A stretch of 64,000 nucleotides of DNA from an uncultured bacterium. GTDB lineage: Bacteria > Verrucomicrobiota > Kiritimatiellia > RFP12 > UBA1067. The position numbers were made by a program, and so were the translations under genes. Below the pieces are notes generated by a model. It did no database searches. It was not told the origin of the DNA and saw nothing but the letters and a program-made list of their open reading frames with translations. Below are positions 36,336-46,371 of the stretch, one piece after another (position 1 is the first letter of the stretch; each line of letters opens with the position of its first letter). The stretch spans positions 4,544,174 through 4,608,173 of the forward strand of contig OW818680.1 in assembly GCA_942493055.1 (NCBI GenBank), in the 5' to 3' direction.

Positions 36336-38996
36336 ATGGATAAATCAATCGGCAATCAAAAGACGATGAAACCTGCTGGATCAGACGACCGCAGCCTGGG
36401 CAGTGTTCAGACGATGCCATCCGGAGGGGCAAGGTCGAACAACGACAAGAGCCTGGGCAGCGTCAAGACGATGCACCCGGGCAGCCTGCGTCCTGTGGGT
36501 CGGCGCTTTTGTGCCGGGGATGTGATCCTCGGGCGTTACCGCGTGACGGAAGAGCTCGGCCAGGGCGGCATGGGCGTGGTATATCGATGCTTCGATGCGG
36601 TGGCTGGGATCGACGTGGCGCTTAAGGCGTTGCCGCCCGAGGTGGCGCACAACAGCGGTGAGATGGAGGAGGTGCGCGCGAACTTCCGGCTGGTCTCGAA
36701 GCTGCATCATCCGAACATCGCCAATGTCAACACACTTGAACGCGATGTTGTGACAGGCGACTATTACCTGATCATGGAATGCGTAGACGGTTACGATGTG
36801 CGGCAGTGGGTGCGGCGTCGGCGCGAGGATGGACGGCCGCTGACGCTTGATGAGGTGACGATCATCGCATACCGCATCGCTGAGGCGTTGGACTACGCGC
36901 ATGAGCAGGGCGTGATCCACCGGGATATAAAGCCGAGTAATGTGCGCGTCAACTTTGAGGGCGAAGTGAAGGTACTGGACTTCGGCTTGGCGGCGCAGCT
37001 CCACATGAGCCTGAGCCGCGTGAGCCAGGCAACCCATGGCACCAGCGGTACGGGGCCCTACATGGCGCCCGAACAGTGGCGGGGCCAGCGGCAGGGAACA
37101 ACCGCGGACCAATACGCGTTGGCCGCAACGGTCTACGAGTTGCTGGGCGGGACGCCGCCGTTCGAGAACCACGATACGGCGGTGCTGCGCGAAGCGGTGT
37201 TGAAGGATGCTCCCCTGCCATTAAAGGGTGTTCCGTCGCACGTCAACGCGGCGTTATTGAGGGGGTTGGACAAGGTTCCGGAACAACGGTTTGAAAGTTG
37301 CGCCGAGTTTGTAAAGGCGCTCGCGGGCAGCAGGAGGCAGGAGACGGTAGACGGTAGTCAGAAGTCAGAGGTCAGAAGCCGGAAGTGGCCCTGGCTGGTC
37401 GGGCTTGCGTCGTTCGTCACAGTGGCGACAGTGGCATGGATGCAACATTACGGAAGACAGAAGGCAGGTGACGGGAGTCAGACTGGGGAGGCAGGTAACG
37501 TGCCCTCAGCGCGAGTTCCAAGGGGGCAAGCCGGTGCGGCTGCGGCCTCGCCGGAAGCGCCGGTACGCGCCTTCTCTAGCTCATCAACCCCTGCATCGCC
37601 CGCAGCCGATATTGCCACGCCGGTCTCGCCAACGCCATCTGGTCAGCCGTGGACCAACAGCCTCGGCATGGTCTTCGTGCCGGTGCCTGGCACGGCGGTG
37701 AGGTTTTCGATCTGGGATACGCGCGTGCAGGATTTTTCGGTGTTTGTCAATGATCGCGCGAACAATGCTGGCTACGATTACCGGAAAGGGAGTGTGCCAA
37801 ACACATGGATACAGGGAGAGGGGTGGGGGGAGCGCGGATGGGAATACGACTGGAGCAATCCAGGATTTGCGCAGACACCTCTACATCCGGTCGTTTGTAT
37901 GAATTGGGATGACGCCCAGGCCTTCTGCGCATGGCTGACGGCGAAGGAACGGAAGGAGGGAAAACTTTCTAGCCAGCAAAGCTATCGCTTGCCAACGGAT
38001 GCGGAATGGAGTTTTGCGCTGGGTATAGGGGAGTTGGAAAGCAATGGCGCGCCCAAGGATAAGAACAGGAAAGTCAAGGATGTGTATCCATGGGGGACGC
38101 AGTGGCCGCCGCCGCAAGGGGCTGGAAATTATGCTACTGTACTACATGTGGACGACTATGATTATTGTACAGCGCCTGTAGGTAGTTTTGCGGCCAACCG
38201 GTATGGGCTTTACGACATGGGCGGGAACGCCTGGAAATGGTGTGAGGATTTGTACGATCCCGGCCAGACGAAACGCGTGCAACGGGGCGTGGGCTGGGGA
38301 GGGGCGTTTGACGACAATCCTTCCCCTCATCTGCTTTCCTCGGTGCGCTGTGCCTTTGCACCTGATTATCGCAACAATTTTCAGGGCTTTCGTGTGGTGT
38401 TGTCCAATGGTGACGTGTCGGTGCCGCCGGCTTCCTCCCTCCAGTCCAGCACAGGTGTCGGCTTGAATAACGCAGTGTCGTGGGTCATCCCGACGCTTCC
38501 TAAGGCGGATCGTGATGGCTGGGTCACGCTGTTTGACGGCAAGCATTTGTATGGCTGCAACCCGGCCGACCCAAAATTCACCTCGGGTCAGGTCTATTTC
38601 AAAGATGGATATTTATGCGTAAATGACACCGGGTTCAGCTTCGATTGGAAAGGGGAGAATGCCACCATCCGTGCGCGAGTAAAAAAGATAAACGGCATGC
38701 ATGTAGCTTTGCATATTGGGCCGTGTTTCGCTTGGTATGGGAATGGTTTTGGGATCAGCCAGAAAGTGTCCGGCCGCGATCGGGCTCCCATATTGATCTC
38801 TCGCAAGTTGATGTCTAAGACTAAAGGATTTGTTGACCTTGAACTTTCCATGACTGGAAGCCAGCTTGAATTCAGATTCAACGGTACCGTGGTGCTAACA
38901 AAGCAGGCTCTTCCTTTTGAGTACAATGAAAAGTCTGTTCAAGTTTCGACATGGAAAGGCCTAAGCCAATTCGAAAGAATCGAAGTGAAACAGTGA
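36336..38996 (+). CDS. Hanks-type Ser/Thr kinase - TM - FGE-sulfatase-like domain - DUF1080 (concanavalin-like) C-terminal domain
   Basis: N-terminal 'SIGNQKTM' motif (plus SLGSVQTM, SLGSVKTM). 'LGQGGMGVVYRC', 'HRDIKPSNVRV', 'DFGLAA', 'GPYMAPEQ'. TM 'WPWLVGLASFVTVATVAW'. FGE-like 'VCMNWDDAQAFCAWL', 'RLPTDAEWSFA', 'GLYDMGGNAWKWCED'. 'DGWVTLFDGKHLYGC' is DUF1080-like. Confidence 0.8.
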   Translation: MDKSIGNQKTMKPAGSDDRSLGSVQTMPSGGARSNNDKSLGSVKTMHPGSLRPVGRRFCAGDVILGRYRVTEELGQGGMGVVYRCFDAVAGIDVALKALPPEVAHNSGEMEEVRANFRLVSKLHHPNIANVNTLERDVVTGDYYLIMECVDGYDVRQWVRRRREDGRPLTLDEVTIIAYRIAEALDYAHEQGVIHRDIKPSNVRVNFEGEVKVLDFGLAAQLHMSLSRVSQATHGTSGTGPYMAPEQWRGQRQGTTADQYALAATVYELLGGTPPFENHDTAVLREAVLKDAPLPLKGVPSHVNAALLRGLDKVPEQRFESCAEFVKALAGSRRQETVDGSQKSEVRSRKWPWLVGLASFVTVATVAWMQHYGRQKAGDGSQTGEAGNVPSARVPRGQAGAAAASPEAPVRAFSSSSTPASPAADIATPVSPTPSGQPWTNSLGMVFVPVPGTAVRFSIWDTRVQDFSVFVNDRANNAGYDYRKGSVPNTWIQGEGWGERGWEYDWSNPGFAQTPLHPVVCMNWDDAQAFCAWLTAKERKEGKLSSQQSYRLPTDAEWSFALGIGELESNGAPKDKNRKVKDVYPWGTQWPPPQGAGNYATVLHVDDYDYCTAPVGSFAANRYGLYDMGGNAWKWCEDLYDPGQTKRVQRGVGWGGAFDDNPSPHLLSSVRCAFAPDYRNNFQGFRVVLSNGDVSVPPASSLQSSTGVGLNNAVSWVIPTLPKADRDGWVTLFDGKHLYGCNPADPKFTSGQVYFKDGYLCVNDTGFSFDWKGENATIRARVKKINGMHVALHIGPCFAWYGNGFGISQKVSGRDRAPILISRKLMSKTKGFVDLELSMTGSQLEFRFNGTVVLTKQALPFEYNEKSVQVSTWKGLSQFERIEVKQ

Positions 38997-39257
38997 TTGG
39001 GCACAACGCCGTGAAGCGTATCGCTGAAGTGACGAAAGAGGAGTCTGAAGATTTTTATTATGTGTGAGTTACCTTGGACTGTTAGGCAGTTGCTATGAAT
39101 ACTGACATGGAGAGGTGTTTTCGTGTAATTTGCTCGCCCGGAATGCGCAGAATGTGTTGGACAAGCGGGGCAAAAAGGGGTACGATTTTCCACGTTGCTT
39201 TGTTGCTTTTCTTAGTATCCTGTAAGTTTATCAGGTTCCCCATAAATAATATCTACT

Positions 39258-42200
39258 ATGAATACTGACATTGATGAATCGATCGGCAATCAGAAAACCA
39301 TGGGCGGTGTGATTGAGACGGACGAAAGCAGCATAGGGGACAACGCCACCATCGGACGGCAAGGGATCACGCTGGGACATGTTGACCAGTATGAACTCGT
39401 CCGTGAACTCGGTGGTGGCGGCTTCGGTGTGGTCTTCCTCGCACGGGATACGGTCTCAGGGATCGAAGTCGCTGTCAAGGGGTTGCCGCCCATTGTGAAG
39501 AACAATGAGGAGGAACTTGAGCAAATCCGTCGTAATTTCGCCTTGGTCTCAAAGCTGCACCATCCGAATATCGCGGCTGCGTTGGTGCTTCATCGTGCAC
39601 GGGATGTTCATTACGAGCTTGAGCAGGTACGGCAGTCCCTGCGCGTGGTTTCCGGTGATACGCTGATGGTCATGACGTATGCCCCAGGGGTGACGCTCTC
39701 AAAGTGGCGCAAACAGTTTCCTGAAGGTCGTGTGCCTGTAAAGCAGGCTATTGATGTCTGCCAGCAAATTGCGTCAGCCATGGATTATGCCCATGGCGAG
39801 AAGGTCGTGCACCGGGATATTAAGCCGGCAAATGTCATGATTGAAACGCGCCGGAGGATGTCAGAGGCCGGGAAGGTGTCCTATGAAGAACTTCAGATGC
39901 GGCTTGCCGTGAAAGTGCTGGATTTCGGTTTGGCTGCCGAGATTCGTAGCAGCATGAATCGTGTGAGCCAGGCGACTGGCGATACGAGCGGAACGCGGCC
40001 TTACATGGCGCCGGAACAGTGGGCAGGAAAGAAGCAGGATGGGAGAACAGACCAGTATGCACTGGCAGTCCTTTTTTATGAATTGGTGAGCGGCGAGGTT
40101 CCCTTTGCAGGGGCGTTTGAGACGGGTGATCCGGTTGTAATGATGGCGGCTGTCGAACGAAACACTCCCGAGACGTTGCCCATGTTGTCGGCTGCGCAAA
40201 ATGCAGCTCTGGCGCGCGCCTTGTCAAAGAATCCTGCCCAGCGCTATGAGTGCTGTTCCGCCTTCGCGGAGGCGTTGTCAGGGATGCAAGTGAGTGTGGA
40301 GCACTCTGTCAATGCGCTGGGAAAAAATGGAGCGGAAATTATCAAGGCGGTGCAGACGTATAACAAGACGGTTTCCTGGGTGAGTCGTTTGCCGCTGCTA
40401 AGGTATCTCCAGATTGGACGAGAGTTGCTGGTGGACCTGCTTGCGGTCATCCCCCCTGTTTCACGTTTTGCTGATCGGGTTTTGGGAATGCTGGTAGCTC
40501 CGCGAGACACATGGAACTGGATTCGTTCAGAAAAAAAGAGTGCTTGGGAAATCTATCGAGGATACGCGTTGGCGCTTGTCGCGATCTCATTTCTGCCCTC
40601 CGTCTTCAATGCGATCCACTTGAGCAGATATACTTCGGGGTATTGGACGTTGGGGAGCAGATTGTCTTGTGTCCTTTTGAGGTATGTGTTGACGCTGGTC
40701 GGTCTTTTTGTTGTGGCAAAGATAATCGATGGACTGGCAGCAAAATTAGATGCCCAAAAAAAGTGCGCTTTCAAGCTGGTTTTCTTCTCCTTGGTCCCCG
40801 TATTTCTTGCAATGTCGATTGTTGGCTTTGGAGGCTTTGCTTGGTTGTATTGGCTGGCCTGGGTAGATGCGCTTGTTCTGCTCTATTTTGGAATACGCGT
40901 GCTGATGGAATGCCCAAAAGGGAAAGCGTATGCCTATACAGCTGTAACCGTGGCGCTCTTGGTGGGGTTAAATAGTAGTGTGAGCCATATTGTCATGCGC
41001 TCTGAACAGGGACTTCTGAGAGGGGGCTTCTCTTCAATCTGGAATACAACGAAAGTTCGTCCAACGGGCGGTGGCGAGTTTACATCAACCACCCCGCCCT
41101 CGACTCCGCGTGACCCAGATGCCCCACGTACACCCCAAAACCCTCAGTGGATGTTTATGCCAAGCAGGATCTATCCAGGAAGTGCTTTTCCGCCCATGAA
41201 CCTCCCAAAGGATGTTTGGTTGCCTCCTACTGCCCAGTGCATATTCATCCAGCGTGAATTCCCTTCAAATAGCCCGACCAATACGCATGCTATCTTCGGA
41301 TTGAGTTCGCAGTCGGAATTGAGTTCGTTTTGTGAGATGATGAAGACAAATGGCTGGAGAATCATCAGAATGGGAAGCCCAAACGGCCAGCAGTATGGCA
41401 GGATGGGGCCTCCTCACTTCTCCGCGTCATTTGCGAAGCCAAAGCGAATCACGACGCTTATGCAAAAGATGGATTTCAGTTTCGAATTGTTGGTTTACGG
41501 TCCTGAAGACGACGCCGGGGGTCTGGTTAAACCAGCGGACATTGCACTTGCGACCGTCAACGGCGAGCCGACTAAGCCATTCGATCCCGCTGCGGACAGG
41601 ATTGAAAAGATGGATCCGGAAAGGGCGGAAGCCATTCGTCTCATGAAGAAAAAGATAAAGCAGCAGGCCGATGAGGCCGATCAACAACTCGCGGCGGAGG
41701 CCTTAAACAAAAGTAAACTTGAAAAAGAGAAGGAGCTGGAGGCAGAGCGGTTGAAGACTGAAGAAGAGGCTCGGAAAATGGCGGCTGCGGCTGCGGAGGC
41801 GGAGGATCTTCGCCTTGCAGAGGAAGAGCGTCAGAAGGCTGAGGCCCGGCGTCAAGCGGAAGCCGCACGTGCAACTCAGCTCACGAATGGACTGCTTCTG
41901 GCCAAGCAGATGGTCGATCAAGAGGAGTGGGCTGATCTTCTTGTCCAGGCAAATGCACTCCTGGAACTGGATCCTCAAAACGCAACCGCTAAGAAATATA
42001 AAGGGTGGGCGGAGGACTATCTAAATATGCCGATCTTAAAATTGATTGCAATGGTGAACGGTAAAGAGGTCAATGCTCAAGTGAAGATTGATAATGAGGT
42101 AAGGCCTTCGCCTGTAAAGCTAATTATGGAAAGAACACAATACAGTGTTGAATTGTCTTATGAAGAAGGTGATAAAAAATATGAAGCGAAAGAGTTCCTT

Positions 42201-43055
42201 GTCATGAGCCCTGATTGGAAAGGGGTTCGGCCCAAGACAATCACGTTAAGAGAGGTGAAGCCAGTGATTGCTGCCATTCCGGAGACTGTCAGTACCCCTC
42301 AGACGCCAGAGCGCCCTGCTTATCTAGCAGAAGATAAACAAGGGGCGCCTCCTTCGAAATCTGAGCTCCCTGCTCAGCCTGTAGAAGGACAAGAGTGGGT
42401 GTCTCCTTCAACCGGAATGGTTTTTGTATGGGTAAAGGCGCTCAAGATATGGGTTGGCAAATATGAGGTGACGAACGCGGAATATCGGCGTAAAGTGCCG
42501 ACGCATAGCAGTAAAAATAAAACAGGGTCTGATAATCGAGAGTATACCCTGAATGGTGATCGGCAGCCCGTCGTGTTTATACATTTCGGCGAAGCAGTGG
42601 CTTATGCAGAGTGGCTCTCTCAGGCGGATGCGGGTAAACTTCAGCAGTTTCGGTATCGTCTGCCGACGATGACAGAATTCACAGACTGCATGCGATGCGG
42701 TGTTTTTTTAAGCACCTACCCGTGGGGTGAAACTTGGCCGCCTCCTGTTGGGCAGGCTGGCAATTATGATGACGAGAAAGTGATCGACTCCATTTTCATC
42801 GAAAACTATCGTGATGGCAAAGTTGTCACCTGTGGGGTTGAGCAGAGCGGAAAAAATGCTTGGGGTTTGTTTGGCGTAGGAGGAAATGTTTGGGAATGCT
42901 GCAGCACGGATTCATCGCGTTCGGAGTTTGGTGGCTGGCGAGGGGGATCCTGGGCTGATGCCTCCGCTGGGTATATGAAGTGCGACTTCAAAAGCGGTGC
43001 CGCTTCCATGGTGCGTAATGAGGAAAGCGGCTTCCGCCTTGTATTGTCGCGTTAA
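39258..43055 (+). CDS. Hanks-type Ser/Thr kinase - polytopic membrane region - coiled coil - C-terminal FGE-sulfatase-like domain
   Basis: Starts 'MNTDIDESIGNQKTM'. 'LGGGGFGVVFLARD', 'HRDIKPANVMI', 'DFGLAA', 'RPYMAPEQ'. Several hydrophobic helices at about aa 420-560. Glu/Lys/Ala coiled coil. FGE-like 'VFIHFGEAVAYAEWL', 'RLPTMTEF', 'GLFGVGGNVWECC'. Confidence 0.75.
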   Translation: MNTDIDESIGNQKTMGGVIETDESSIGDNATIGRQGITLGHVDQYELVRELGGGGFGVVFLARDTVSGIEVAVKGLPPIVKNNEEELEQIRRNFALVSKLHHPNIAAALVLHRARDVHYELEQVRQSLRVVSGDTLMVMTYAPGVTLSKWRKQFPEGRVPVKQAIDVCQQIASAMDYAHGEKVVHRDIKPANVMIETRRRMSEAGKVSYEELQMRLAVKVLDFGLAAEIRSSMNRVSQATGDTSGTRPYMAPEQWAGKKQDGRTDQYALAVLFYELVSGEVPFAGAFETGDPVVMMAAVERNTPETLPMLSAAQNAALARALSKNPAQRYECCSAFAEALSGMQVSVEHSVNALGKNGAEIIKAVQTYNKTVSWVSRLPLLRYLQIGRELLVDLLAVIPPVSRFADRVLGMLVAPRDTWNWIRSEKKSAWEIYRGYALALVAISFLPSVFNAIHLSRYTSGYWTLGSRLSCVLLRYVLTLVGLFVVAKIIDGLAAKLDAQKKCAFKLVFFSLVPVFLAMSIVGFGGFAWLYWLAWVDALVLLYFGIRVLMECPKGKAYAYTAVTVALLVGLNSSVSHIVMRSEQGLLRGGFSSIWNTTKVRPTGGGEFTSTTPPSTPRDPDAPRTPQNPQWMFMPSRIYPGSAFPPMNLPKDVWLPPTAQCIFIQREFPSNSPTNTHAIFGLSSQSELSSFCEMMKTNGWRIIRMGSPNGQQYGRMGPPHFSASFAKPKRITTLMQKMDFSFELLVYGPEDDAGGLVKPADIALATVNGEPTKPFDPAADRIEKMDPERAEAIRLMKKKIKQQADEADQQLAAEALNKSKLEKEKELEAERLKTEEEARKMAAAAAEAEDLRLAEEERQKAEARRQAEAARATQLTNGLLLAKQMVDQEEWADLLVQANALLELDPQNATAKKYKGWAEDYLNMPILKLIAMVNGKEVNAQVKIDNEVRPSPVKLIMERTQYSVELSYEEGDKKYEAKEFLVMSPDWKGVRPKTITLREVKPVIAAIPETVSTPQTPERPAYLAEDKQGAPPSKSELPAQPVEGQEWVSPSTGMVFVWVKALKIWVGKYEVTNAEYRRKVPTHSSKNKTGSDNREYTLNGDRQPVVFIHFGEAVAYAEWLSQADAGKLQQFRYRLPTMTEFTDCMRCGVFLSTYPWGETWPPPVGQAGNYDDEKVIDSIFIENYRDGKVVTCGVEQSGKNAWGLFGVGGNVWECCSTDSSRSEFGGWRGGSWADASAGYMKCDFKSGAASMVRNEESGFRLVLSR

Positions 43056-43079
43056 GGGTGACCGTGGTAGGTAACGACT

Positions 43080-46000
43080 ATGAATACTGACATTGATGAT
43101 TCAATCGGCAATCAGAAAACCATGAGGCGTGTTTCTCCGACTGAGGAACCCAGCATGGGGGAGAGCGACACAACAGGCGGACAGGGGATCACGCTGGGCC
43201 ATGTGGACCAGTATCAACTCGTCCGTGAATTGGGCGGCGGCGGCTTCGGCGTGGTCTATCTTGCGCGCGATACTGTTTCTGGCATCGATGTCGCTGTCAA
43301 GGGCTTGCCGCCGGTTGTGAAGAACAACGCGGAGGAACTGGATCAAATCCGCCGGAATTTTGCCTTGGTCTCCAAGTTGCACCATCCGAACATCGCGGCC
43401 GCGCTGGTGCTCCATCCTGCACGGGATGTCCATTATGAGCATGAGCAGGTGCGCCAGTCCCTGCGTGTGCTTCCCGATGATACGCTGATGGTCATGACGT
43501 ATGCTCCGGGGGTGACGCTCTCAAAATGGCGCAAGCAGTTTACCGAGGGTCGTGTGCCTGTCAATCTGGCCCTTGATATCTGCCGGCAGATCGCCTCGGC
43601 CTTGGATTATGCGCATGCTGAGAAGGTGGTGCACCGCGATATTAAGCCTGCCAATATTATGGTGGAGACGCGGGAGAAGGGGGCAGGGTTCGGGGTTCAG
43701 GGCTCAGGGGGCGGTGAACTGAGCTTGAAGGTGCTGGACTTTGGGCTGGCGGCGGAGATCCGCTCCAGCATGAACCGGGTCTCGCAGGAGAAGGGCGATA
43801 CGTCAGGCACACGTCCCTATATGGCACCCGAGCAATGGGCGGGCAAGAAGCAGGATGGCAAAACAGACCAGTATGCGCTGGCGGTGCTCTTCTACGAATT
43901 GGTGAGCGGGGAGGTCCCCTTCCTGGGTGCGTTTGAGACGGGGGACCCGATCATCATGATGACCGCAGTGGGACAGCGGGACCCGGATCCGCTCCCCATG
44001 TTGTCAGCGTTGCAAAATATGGCATTGATGCGCGCCCTCTCCAAGAACCCGGCCCAGCGGTATGACTCCTGTCTGGATTTCTGGGAGGCGTTGTCAGGGA
44101 TTCAGTTGAGTGTTGAGCACTCTGTGAAAGCGCTGGGAGAAAACGGGGAGAATATCGTCAAGGCGGTGCAGACGTTTAATAAGGCCGTCTCCTGGGTAGA
44201 ACGCTTGCGCATTCCTCACTATCTGCAGGTCGGAAGGGAGTTCCTGGTGGATCTGCTGAGAGTCGTCCCACCGGTATCACGTTTTGTTGATCGCATCCTG
44301 GGCACTATTATTGAGCCGAAACAGTCATGGATATCTGTGAAGGCGGAGCCGGGCACGATTTGGCAACTCTGCAAGCAATATGTTTTTGTGCTTGTGGCCG
44401 CCTCCTTGATCCCAGCCGTCGTCGATGCGTTTCATTCAAGCCGATATTCCTCTGGCTATTGGACGCTCAGTTCGATGCTGCTGCTCGTCCTAGGGCGGTA
44501 TCTATTGACCCTTGGAGGACTCTATCTCGGCGCACGACTCATCAGTGAACTGGCTCCGAAATTCGGGGCGCCAAAGGTCAGGGAGAACGCCTTTAAACTG
44601 GTTGTTTTCGCGCTCACGCCTGTTTTTTTGAGTTCTATTATTGGTTCCATGATTTATTTTCATCTACCCTATTGGCTGGGCTGGGGCTATGCAGCGTTCC
44701 TGCTCTATTGGGGTGTCAAGGTGTTGATGGACGCTGAGCAAAAAAAGGTATTCGCTTACGCCGCAGTTTCCTTTGCCCTCCTGGTCGCGCTTTACGGGAG
44801 TTTGGGCTATTTCTCCAGGCAGTCTGAACGAAAACTTTCAGTTTGGACATACCAAGCCAGAAGAGCTTGGGATAATAAATCGATTGCCAGTAAAATTCCT
44901 CAAAGACAGCAGGTTGCTCAACGGACCACGCCTCAACACCAGATGACTCAACGGACTCCACCGGTTCCACCAACACCTCTCCCCCCTGTTATTGATGATA
45001 ATCAAGCGGATACCTATTTCGAGTCGAGCGATATCGATCCTGACTCTGCCATTCCGCCCATGAACCTGCCGAGTGATATTTGGCTTCATCCCAAGACGCT
45101 GTGTATGCTTATCCAGCGTGAATTCCCGTCAGGCAGTCCGACCAATACGCTTGTCGTCTTTGGATTGGACTCACAGGCCGAGTTGAATATGTTCTGCGAA
45201 AAGATGAAGGAGAATGGCTGGCGTATCACCAAGATCGGCTATGCGAGCAAGCAGAACCGTGACTTGATCGCGAGTCAGGGAATATCGGCTTCATTTGCCA
45301 AAGCACGTAAGACGGCGACGCTTATACAAAGAAGAGATTATAGTTTTGAACTGGTGGTCTGCGGACCTGAGGACGAGTCCGTCTCTCTTGATAAGCCGCT
45401 TGACCCTGTCCCTAAACCTGTCATGATCGAGCCACCACAGAAGGTTTCGGAGCAGCCTATATCCAACGCGGTCAGTGATGAAGAGCGTCAGCAGAAGGTT
45501 GCAGAAGCCGCGCGCATCCTCATGATGCAACAACAGCAACAGGCGGCAGAGAAGGCCGCCAGCGAGAAGTTGGAAGCGCGACAGCAACAGGAGAATGCCC
45601 TGCGTCTTGCGGAGGAGAAAAGAAAGCAGGAGGCGTTGGACGCTGAAAAGAAACGAATCGAAGATGAGGCAAAAAAGGTAGCGGAAGAGCAGAAGCGCCT
45701 GGATGAAGAAAAGGCGAAGCTGGAAGAGGCCAAGCGCCTCGTTCAGGAGCAGAAGGAGAAGGAGGAACAGGCTGCCCTCGCAAAACAGGAGGAAGCGCTC
45801 CGAATAAAAAACAAACCAATGAACGACCTGAAAAAAAATCCCATGGACAGGACGGAACTCGCAAAATTGAAGCCCTTGATTCAGGCCAGCAATGACCCTG
45901 ATGAGAAATGCAGATGGAGTGTCATTTATTGCCTCGGGATGTTGGCGATGGGGAATACGAAAGAGGGTTATGATTTGCGAATAGGAATCAACCGTGTTTA

Positions 46001-46322
46001 TCCGCGCCAGACCCTTGCCGATTTGTCAGACAGGAGCCTCTCTGACGAATGCAACAAATGTGAGGGCGGACGCTGCAAGCAGGTTTGCTTGAAATGTAAA
46101 GGTGCGGGAAGATGCTCTGCTTGTGAAGGGGCTGGAAGAGGTGCAAAAGTAGGCCTTGACGGACAGCAGCTTCGTTGTCTCATCTGTACGGGCAACGGAA
46201 CCTGCAGAGAGTGCAGCGGGACAGGGTCTCGCTCCGAAGTCTGCAAGGCGTGTGCCGGGAGAGGCTATTCATTTTCCATGACCAAATGTAAAAGTCTCTA
46301 CATGGGGTTATTGGGAGAGTAA
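43080..46322 (+). CDS. Hanks-type Ser/Thr kinase - polytopic membrane region - coiled coil - HEAT-like segment - DnaJ-type CxxCxGxG cysteine-rich zinc finger
   Basis: Starts 'MNTDIDDSIGNQKTM'. Paralog of 39258..43055 over the first ~600 aa. C-terminus 'CNKCEGGRCKQVCLKCKGAGRCSACEGAGRG...CLICTGNGTCRECSGTGSRSEVCKACAGRGY' has four CxxCxGxG repeats. Confidence 0.75.
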   Translation: MNTDIDDSIGNQKTMRRVSPTEEPSMGESDTTGGQGITLGHVDQYQLVRELGGGGFGVVYLARDTVSGIDVAVKGLPPVVKNNAEELDQIRRNFALVSKLHHPNIAAALVLHPARDVHYEHEQVRQSLRVLPDDTLMVMTYAPGVTLSKWRKQFTEGRVPVNLALDICRQIASALDYAHAEKVVHRDIKPANIMVETREKGAGFGVQGSGGGELSLKVLDFGLAAEIRSSMNRVSQEKGDTSGTRPYMAPEQWAGKKQDGKTDQYALAVLFYELVSGEVPFLGAFETGDPIIMMTAVGQRDPDPLPMLSALQNMALMRALSKNPAQRYDSCLDFWEALSGIQLSVEHSVKALGENGENIVKAVQTFNKAVSWVERLRIPHYLQVGREFLVDLLRVVPPVSRFVDRILGTIIEPKQSWISVKAEPGTIWQLCKQYVFVLVAASLIPAVVDAFHSSRYSSGYWTLSSMLLLVLGRYLLTLGGLYLGARLISELAPKFGAPKVRENAFKLVVFALTPVFLSSIIGSMIYFHLPYWLGWGYAAFLLYWGVKVLMDAEQKKVFAYAAVSFALLVALYGSLGYFSRQSERKLSVWTYQARRAWDNKSIASKIPQRQQVAQRTTPQHQMTQRTPPVPPTPLPPVIDDNQADTYFESSDIDPDSAIPPMNLPSDIWLHPKTLCMLIQREFPSGSPTNTLVVFGLDSQAELNMFCEKMKENGWRITKIGYASKQNRDLIASQGISASFAKARKTATLIQRRDYSFELVVCGPEDESVSLDKPLDPVPKPVMIEPPQKVSEQPISNAVSDEERQQKVAEAARILMMQQQQQAAEKAASEKLEARQQQENALRLAEEKRKQEALDAEKKRIEDEAKKVAEEQKRLDEEKAKLEEAKRLVQEQKEKEEQAALAKQEEALRIKNKPMNDLKKNPMDRTELAKLKPLIQASNDPDEKCRWSVIYCLGMLAMGNTKEGYDLRIGINRVYPRQTLADLSDRSLSDECNKCEGGRCKQVCLKCKGAGRCSACEGAGRGAKVGLDGQQLRCLICTGNGTCRECSGTGSRSEVCKACAGRGYSFSMTKCKSLYMGLLGE

Positions 46323-46337
46323 AACATTGGTATGACC

Positions 46338-46356
46338 GGACGCGCAACGCGCGTCC
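46338..46356 (+). terminator. GC-rich perfect hairpin immediately after kinase gene (terminator-like)
   Basis: ggacgcgc-aac-gcgcgtcc, 8-bp perfect stem. No strong U-tract. Confidence 0.35.
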
Positions 46357-46371
46357 CTCCGAGGAGAGGCA

